A stretch of 64,000 nt of DNA from Octopus sinensis (taxonomy: Eukaryota). The notes below the pieces were generated by a model. The model did not search any database. It saw only the letters and a program-made list of their open reading frames with translations, and was not told where the DNA came from. Positions 54,977-64,000 of the stretch are shown in pieces (the stretch's first letter is position 1; each line of letters starts with the position of its first letter). The stretch is from contig NC_043003.1 of NCBI RefSeq assembly GCF_006345805.1, positions 19,902,001 through 19,966,000 of the forward strand, in the 5' to 3' direction. The position numbers and the translations under genes are program-made.

Positions 54977-56038
54977 CATACATATATACATATGTACACG
55001 AAAATGTTTCTCGTTCACTCATTCATAAATAAATAAACGTACCCCCCCTTCACTACCTTCCAAACGCACAAACGCATTCTCACACAAAATACATGCATAT
55101 ATTCATTCACATACGAAACACACATACAAGTATGCATAAGTACATATGCATGCATGTATGCTATGTATGTATGTATGTGTGTATGTATGTATGTGTGTTT
55201 GTATGTGCAAGTGTGTAAGTAAATAAGCGAGTGAAAGAGAGAGAGATAGAGAGATAGAGAGCTAGATAGAGAAAGAGAGATAGAGCGAGAAAAGGAGAGA
55301 GAGAAGAGATTGTATCTGTGTGTGATTATTAGGCCCACTCTGCCAACCAGCCAGTTTAAGCAAGTCAATGCGTGGATACTTCAATATTTTCTTATCAAAC
55401 GTCGAGTTGGGATGCATACACAGCGATGTCGGCTCATGGACTCTTCTTACCCTTACAATCTTACTATTGTTATTATTCACATCTTTTATATATCGTCCTA
55501 TCTCCGTGCCACGATGCAGGATTCAAACAGTGGTCAGTGATATTTTTTATTTGATTTTTTATTTTACATTATTTTTTGTTTTTTATTTCTTGTCATTTTG
55601 CCTTTGTTTATTATTGAGATGTATGTTTTAAGAGTTCCCAATACGCACAGACGTAACACATATATAAACGTATATTTATATCTATATAAGCATGTATACA
55701 AGATTATGAGTATGTCTGTGTTTATATGCACATATGCATACATATATTTATATATGTATCAATATATATATATATATCTATATATTCAATATCAATTATA
55801 TATATATGTGTGTGTATGTACATACGTGTATGTATGTACAAACGTGTATATATATATATATATGTTTATATATATGTATATGTCTCTATATATCTATCTA
55901 TATGTTTGTTTTTATCTAGTTATATATAAAGTTGAAGCTTCACACAATAGTTTTTCTTATGGTACCATATTTATTCATTTCCCCCTCTTGTGTGTATGTG
56001 TGTTTGTTCATACATACATACATACATACATACATACA

Positions 56039-56070
<32 letters not shown>

Positions 56071-56105
56071 CATACATGTATATTATATATACATAGATAT
56101 ATGTA

Positions 56106-56143
<38 letters not shown>

Positions 56144-56145
56144 AG

Positions 56146-56178
<33 letters not shown>

Positions 56179-56389
56179 GTATATATATATATATGTATGT
56201 ATGTATATATGTATGCATGTACGTATAAACTTACACACACACACTTATATACATGTATGTATATATACACATATATATATGTGTATGTATATCACTCATT
56301 TTTTACTATAAATCTTACACACAACACACAATAACATCGTGTACTCTGATTTCTCTCTCTTGTTTACACTCACGTGTATCCGTTCATAT

Positions 56390-56434
<45 letters not shown>

Positions 56435-56471
56435 TATATATATATATATATATATATATAGTATATATATA

Positions 56472-56546
<75 letters not shown>

Positions 56547-56874
56547 CATATATATTATATATTTTTATATAACATTCATATATATAAAATATATGTATAT
56601 ATATATATTTATATATAATATATATATATACACATACACGGTACATACACTACACATACACGCATTTATACACATACGCACACGTATACCTATGTAGGGT
56701 GAGTCTATATAAACATAATGTTTGGAGTACACACTCCACGCATACGTACATCCACCCGTGTGTGTACATTCTGTATACTCTGTTGTCGAATCCAGCTGCT
56801 CGTGCTTTGTATTTTCTTGCCCTTGTGGCTAATAAAGAAGTTGTCGTCATCGCCATAGTTGTCATTCTCGTTCT

Positions 56875-56914
56875 TCTCATCACCTTCATCATCATCATCA
56901 TCATCATCATCATT

Positions 56915-56974
<60 letters not shown>

Positions 56975-57062
56975 GTTATTATCTTTATTATTATTAATGT
57001 CATCCTCATCATCATCATCATTATTACTATTATTATCATCATGATCATGATCATCATTATTA

Positions 57063-57150
<88 letters not shown>

Positions 57151-57246
57151 CATCATCATCATCATCATCATCATCATCAACATCATCATCATTAACATCA
57201 TTCTTCTTCTTCTTCTTATTTTTATTATTAATGTTATCATCATCAT

Positions 57247-57281
<35 letters not shown>

Positions 57282-57374
57282 TCTTCTTCTTCTTCTTCTT
57301 CTTTTTATTATTAATGTCATCATCATCATCATCATCATCATCAACATCATCATCATCATCAACATCATTCTTCT

Positions 57375-57406
<32 letters not shown>

Positions 57407-57490
57407 TTCTTCTTCTTTTTATTATTAATATCATCATCATCATCATCATCATCATTATTATTTTTACTATTATTATTATTACTATTATTC
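56875..57490. repeat. (CAT)n/(ATT)n/(CTT)n compound microsatellite with higher-order repetition
   Basis: Read directly from the sequence. Confidence 0.95.
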
Positions 57491-57683
57491 AAGGCGGTGA
57501 ACTGGCAGAATCGTTAGCACGCCGGGCAAAGTGCTTAGCGGCATTTTGTCCGTCTTTACGTTCTTAGTTCAAATACATCCTTTTCCCATCATCCTTTCAC
57601 CGTCGATGAAATAAGTACCAGTTGGCTCGATGTAATCGGATATCCCCCTCCCCCCTCAATTTCAGGTCTTCTGCCTTTTGTAG

Positions 57684-57721
<38 letters not shown>

Positions 57722-57996
57722 TTTATTATTATTATTATTATTATCAATATTATTATTATGTAAGGCGCCAAGCTAGTACAATTGTTAGTACGTTGGACGA
57801 AATGCTTGGCGATATTTCGACCGTCATTACGTTCTGAGTTCAAATTTTGCCGAGTTCGACTTTACCTTTCATCCCTTCGGGGTCGATAAAAAGTACCAGT
57901 TGAACACTGGGGTCGATGTAATCGATTCATCTCCTTCCCCAAAAACTGCTGTCCTTGTGGCAAAATTTGAAACCATTATTATTATTATTATTATTA

Positions 57997-58044
<48 letters not shown>

Positions 58045-58486
58045 ATCATTATTCCTGGCAGAACAGTTAGAATGCCGGACAAAATTTTCTATGTCATTTC
58101 GTCGGTTTTTATGTTTTGAGATCAAATTCCGCCAAGGTCGGCTTTGCCTTTCATTCTTTCGGCGTTCATAAACTAAGTACCAGTCATGTACTCGGGGTCG
58201 ATGTAAATGACTAGCCCACTATCTCGAACTTGCTGGCCTTGTGCCAAAATTGGAAATCACTTTAACAATTATTCCTGAGGCGGCGAGCAGACAAAGCTGG
58301 TGGCACGCTGGGCAAAATACTTAGCGGCATTTCGTCTGTCTTTATGTTCTGAGTCCAAATGTCACCGCGGTCGACTTTGTCTTTCATCTTTTTGCGGTGC
58401 TGATGAAATAAATACCAGTCATGTACTAGAGTCGATGTAATGGACTAGTCCTCTTTCACATAATTTCTGTCCCTATAGAAGAAAAG

Positions 58487-58523
<37 letters not shown>

Positions 58524-58760
58524 ATTATTATTATTATTTATATGGCAACGTTCTGACAGAACAGTTAGCACGCTGGACAAAATGCTTAGCGGCATTTCAT
58601 CCGTCTTTAAGTTTTGAGTTCAAAATCCATCGAGGTCGACTTAGTCTTTCATCTTTTTGGAGTCAATGAAATATGTACCAGTCATATACTGGAGTCGGTT
58701 ACATCGACTTCTTCATCCCCTCAAAAACTGTTGGCCCGGTTCTAAAATTCGAAACTATTA
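57490..58760 (+). mobile_element. Head-to-tail array of five SINE family B copies
   Basis: Copies start at ~57490, 57761, 58054, 58277 and 58545, mostly separated by (ATT)n. Confidence 0.85.
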
Positions 58761-59894
58761 TTATTCCTGCGTTTGGTGGTTATGGGTAAAGAGTTTGCAT
58801 ATTGGACAGGACGAGAAGCATTGAGGACCGACATTTTCTTCTTTATCAAAACACTAATTACTTTTTGAAGATCTGGTGGAGAGCCAGATGCTGTCCTCCA
58901 ATACATTTGTTGAAAGTGAATGAGAACGCCGAACATGGTCCTCATGAATGGGCCTGTAATACATCTCAAGAGTGAGAGGGCAGTTAGATTTTGTAGCCTG
59001 GCGTTAATCTTGGATCTGAGGCAACTGTATTTTGTCAGTATCGTAGCTTGTGAGGATGAGGGTGGGTGGACCGCTACGGTCGATGTTTTATAGAGGTGGC
59101 ACTTTTGGATCTGCTGTATAAGCCTGTATAGCTTGCTGTCCGGGGAATGAGGGAGACAAACCCAAAGAATGACCTGGGCGACACGCATTCTAGCTACGCC
59201 ATCGTTTTTTGTAAATTATATTTTAATGTCAGTTTTTCATTTCATTTCATTAAAATTTCTTCGTAACGGAACAAGAACGTAACAAGAACGTAACGGACGA
59301 CAATGAAAATATACGGACAGATGGACGATACAAGGACGGACAGGAAAACCAGACCGGAACATTCGTGGCTTTCTATTCATCAGTCAAGCTTCCAATTATC
59401 ACTACAGTTTCGGCCTGTTACACTTGAGACTGTTCAAAATTGGTAGGCCCCCCAAATCCAAGCTAAAGGTATTAAATATTTGGAAGAAAGCGGGCGAATA
59501 TATGCGGCAACACGGACAAAAAAAAAAGGAAACGGAGAAAATGTTACACGATTACAAATACAAACAACAAGAATAACAACAGGTGTCTTTCGACTAAAAG
59601 TACATATATATATATATATATATATACGATATCTTTTATCTTTTACTTGTTTCAGTCATCAGAATGTGGCCATGCTGGGGCACCACCATGAAAAGCTTAG
59701 TCGAACGAATGAACCCCAGTACTTATTCTTTGTAAGCCTGGTACTTATTCTATCGGTCACTTTTGCCGAACCGCTAAGTTACGGGGACGTAAACACTCCA
59801 ACACACCCACACATATATGACGGGCTTCTTTCAGTTTCCGTCTACCAAATCCACTTACAAGGCTGTGGTCGGCCCGAGGCTATATGTATATATA

Positions 59895-60780
59895 TTAGGT
59901 CATCCTATAAATAATGCGATTTTTTCAATTGCATGAACTAAAAGTCGGAGGGAGATAGGAAAAAATACCTGCATCGATTTGCTATAAAAGCAGGTAGTAA
60001 TTTTACTTTGGCCTTATTCTTAGTGCAAGTTTTGAAGAGTGCAGTTCGATTTTAACAGTTATTTTTTCAAAGCTATAATGGAAGTGACAAAGGAGAAAAT
60101 TCGGCATATTTTGCAACAACGCAACGGAAAATGCAAGGAATAATACTGCAGTATATAGGATCGGACAATAAACGTAAGCCAGTGTCAACGGTGGTTCCAG
60201 AAATTCCGAGCCGGAAACTACAGCCTAGAAGACAAGCCTCGTCCCGGAATATCTGTAGAGCTCGACAAGAACGTTCTGCAAACCTGGTGAAACAAAATCC
60301 CATCGTAACTGTTGATGAACTAGCAGAGAAGCTTAGAGTTGGTCATTCAACCAGTCATTCAAGTCAGCGCTAGAAGAAAAAACGCCCATCTTTGGTTTCA
60401 AGACGAAAGGTGTTCTTCCATCGGCCACATACAGCGACAATAACATTCCAAAGGCAGGAGCAGTTTGAATGGGAAACGATGCCTTACTCACTATATTCGC
60501 TGGACATTGCCCCATCTCGTTATCATTTTTTCCGCAGTTTTCAAAATCATTTGGACGGAAAAAATATGAATCCTGTGGACGAGGTCAGAACAGTACTGGA
60601 AGAGTACTTTTCGTCACGGACAAGTGAATTTTGGAAGAGGTGTCTTGCAAGCCTAGTAGATAGATGGAAGCATTGTAGAAAATGAAGGAGAGTATATTTC
60701 AGATTAAAAAGATCTTTATTTTAATTTTGAAAAGCAAAAGTATTAAAAATAAAACCCGCTTTATTTATGGGATGACTCAA
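59895..60780 (+). mobile_element. Internally deleted mariner, adjacent to a truncated SINE D (59632-59885)
   Basis: TA-flanked TIRs TTAGGTCATCCTATAAATAA / TTATTTATGGGATGACTCAA; MEVTKEKIRHIL; YSLDIAPSRYHFFRSFQNHL. Confidence 0.9.
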
Positions 60781-60791
60781 TACATACATGC

Positions 60792-60826
<35 letters not shown>

Positions 60827-60951
60827 TGTATGTATGTATGTATGTATGTATGTATGTATGTATGTATGTATGTATGTATATATATATAATATATATATAT
60901 ATATAATAAATATGTATATATATATACATCTATATATGCATATATATATAT

Positions 60952-60994
<43 letters not shown>

Positions 60995-61335
60995 TACATA
61001 CATATATACATATACATATGTACATACGTACATACATACATACATACATACATGCATACACACACACACATACACACGCGCACACACACACACACACACA
61101 CACATACACACGCGTGTATGTATGTATGTATGTATGTATGTATGTATGTATGTATATATATATAATAAATATGTATATATATATACATATACATCTATAT
61201 ATGCATATATATATATAATATATATATATATATATACATACATATATACAAATACATATGTACATACGTACATACATACATACATACATACATGCATACA
61301 CACACACACATACACACGCGTGTATGTATGTATGT
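60780..61335. repeat. Compound microsatellite with a higher-order tandem duplication
   Basis: The ATAATAAATATG...CATATGTACATACGTAC...CACACGCG unit occurs twice. Confidence 0.9.
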
Positions 61336-62012
61336 ATAAAACCTGACCCTCTCATCTGACGCCCTTGTAATGCAAACGAAAAATAAATCAGAGAGAGGTG
61401 CTAACCTCCAGCAAATTTTGTGGAATATAGGCGACTCTGCAATTTAACCATGCCAAAATTTGACATAGTTAAATGGCTCTGCACTATAGTGTGGCAAAAT
61501 GGAGTCACCCATCCTATGTGATTACTCCTTCATCCTCTTGTAGGATAACTTTATCGTTGTTATGCTGCTTGTTGTTCGGTATCGTTATTATTATTTATTA
61601 TTATATATTCCTTAAAATGTATCTTTATTATTGTCGCTGACCTCATCTTTTATTTCTTTCGATGTTAATAAAACCCCTCCCTACCATTTGTTCTTGCTTT
61701 TCGATTTTATTTGTATTTTTCGCTTTTGTACTGTTCTAAACACTTTACGTTTTTATGACCAACAAAGGCTTAACCTTTCATGCCATCGGAACCAATGAAA
61801 TAAATACCAGTCAACTACTGGGGTCGATGCAATCGACTTCCTTCCTGCCCTCAATAAACTCTTGACTCTGTACCAAACGTTGGAACCATTATTATCGTTC
61901 TTGTTGTTGCTGTTGGAGTTGTTGCCGCGACGACGACGACGACGACGACGACAACGACGACGACGACAACGACGACGACGACAACGACGACGACGACGAC
62001 GACGACCACCAC

Positions 62013-62044
<32 letters not shown>

Positions 62045-62504
62045 ATATTATTATCACCAAGGTGGCGAACTGGCAGAATCGTCAGAGCGTCGGACAAAAA
62101 GTGCCTTGCAGTACATGCTCCGGCTCTTTAATTCCTGCGTTCAAATCACGTTGATTTCAGCTTTGCCTTTCACTCAACCGGGATCGATAAAATAAAGTAC
62201 CAGTCATGCATTGGAGTCGATAGTATCAATAACTCCCTCCTCCCTTCAAAATTGCTGATCTAGTGCCTAAGTCAGAAAATATAACCGTTATTTGGGATAT
62301 TTTATTGCTGGTTTCGAAATATACCCCAAGAGCGATCTTCCTTTCTTTTATTATATCATTTGTATTTTAAAAAAAATTTTGTATTCTGAAAATCCATTTA
62401 TGGTCTCCATTGACAAATTCATGCATAAATACATTCATTCGTTCATTCAGTTTTATATTTCAATCATTTCATTCTACGTTCATTTTATTTATTCAACAAC
62501 TATT

Positions 62505-62588
62505 TCATCATCATCATCACCACCACCACCACCACCACCACCACCACCATCATCATCGTCGTCGTCATCATCATCATCATCATCATCG

Positions 62589-62624
<36 letters not shown>

Positions 62625-62789
62625 CCATCACCATCATTATCAACATCGTCGTCACCATCATTGTCATCAACATCATCATCATCATCATCACCATCATCAT
62701 CATCGTCGTCGTCATCATCATCATCATCATCATCGTCATCATCATCATCACCATCACCATCATCATCAACATCATCGTCAACATCATCG

Positions 62790-62824
<35 letters not shown>

Positions 62825-62825
62825 G
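62505..62825. repeat. Imperfect (CAT)n microsatellite
   Basis: Read directly from the sequence. Confidence 0.95.
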
Positions 62826-63061
62826 GTGTTTCTAAGACGGTAAGCTAGCGCGGAATCATTATTTAGCCTGCCTGGCAATGTTTCCTAGTGGCATTTCGTC
62901 CGTTTTTTACATTCTGAGTTCAAAATCCGTGGAGGTCAGCTTTGCCTTTCATCTTTACGAGGTCGATGAGATGATTAACAGTCGAGTACTGGGACCGATG
63001 TAATCGATAATCCTCCCCCCCCCCGAAATCGCTAGCCTTGTACAAAAAAATTGAAATCGCC

Positions 63062-63092
<31 letters not shown>

Positions 63093-64000
63093 TATTATTA
63101 TTATTATTATTTAGAACTATATTGCTACTCATTTGTTCATTTTTTCGTTTGTGTTTTGAATTCGTTTGTATGAATTTGTTTTCGAAATTTCGAATTTCAT
63201 TCATTATAATGGCGGTGCCCCAGCATGACCACAGCTCGTGAGCTGAAACTAGATAAACTAAAAAAATATATATAAATAAATAAATCTTCTGTTTCTTTAG
63301 TGAATTAATATGTAATCATTCTCTTGCTCTCCTTTATTTATTCTTTTATTCTTTCATTCAGAGAGTTCGAATATACGTACATTCTTTTGATTATTGTGCT
63401 GTTTAGTCACCAAGGCTATAGTCAGAAATGTTCCCGCCACGACCATCCTGACTGTTTATTGTCTTAAACATTGTGTATATAAGTCAAATGGCTCGATCGT
63501 CTGCGTTTAACAACGGACGAGCCTATCGCGAAAGACATTCCACACATGACCATCCTGTCTTTTTCTAAGGACACAGTGCACTCAAAATCCCATTATCTAA
63601 CGTGTGCTTTTGTAGGACAGTGGATATGTGAAATAAAAGAGATTTAGCTGCTCTATCTAGCAAGTCAAACCACCACATAAAAGCCTCTTCGTTGATTTGC
63701 CTAACGAAGTAATAAAATTTCTTTATTCGTTTACTTATTCATAAAATCCTTCATTCATTTATTCCTCCATTCACTTATTCCTCTTTCGCTTTGTACGTTC
63801 GTTTCGTCCCGTACTATGCCACGCACGTACGTTCGTTTTTAAGTCGGCTTCGTTGTCTGCTTGTAATTATACTTTCTTCACTAGTCTCATCATTCATGCT
63901 AATTATTCCTTCATACTTTCATTCCGTTCATCTTCTGTCTGTCTTTTATTTTTTCTCCTATGTCGATCATACAACGGCTATCATTATCAAAATCAGAGGG

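Noticed and set aside
57490-58760. CRISPR-like repeat-spacer array
   Set aside because: Units are ~200-bp diverged SINEs separated by microsatellites; eukaryotic context, no cas genes
58742-59188. 148-aa ORF on the minus strand
   Set aside because: No recognisable motif or clear splice sites; may be a retroelement fragment and needs BLAST
59370-59430. Permuted hammerhead (GAAA..CTGATGA on the minus strand); similar partial motifs near 11180, 16915 and 41095
   Set aside because: Could not build stems I/III with a valid NUH triplet

Overview
AT-rich, repeat-saturated eukaryotic DNA, either intergenic or from a large intron. The SINE inventory and extreme microsatellite load strongly suggest an octopus (coleoid cephalopod); this is an inference. 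I cannot support any intact host protein-coding gene, and nearly all long ORFs in the track are microsatellite translations. Recognisable content: dozens of tRNA-derived SINE copies with interchangeable heads and tails; a 5'-truncated R4/Dong-type RT+RLE retrotransposon; several Penelope-like (PLE) remnants (GIY-YIG, RT); a CR1-type LINE end; mariner, hAT and Helitron derivatives. The most interesting signal is a set of at least 6 hammerhead-ribozyme motifs, one structurally complete at 40456-40513. They co-occur with long fold-back hairpins abutting (TA)n tracts and with a PLE terminal repeat that contains a tRNA-like Pol III promoter. Also notable: a mariner-associated inverted duplication that captured host DNA, a dimeric SINE flanked by a 17-bp TSD, and a (GAT)n variant signature shared between sites 57 kb apart. 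Coordinates were read by eye and are approximate to a few bases unless a TSD or TIR is quoted.
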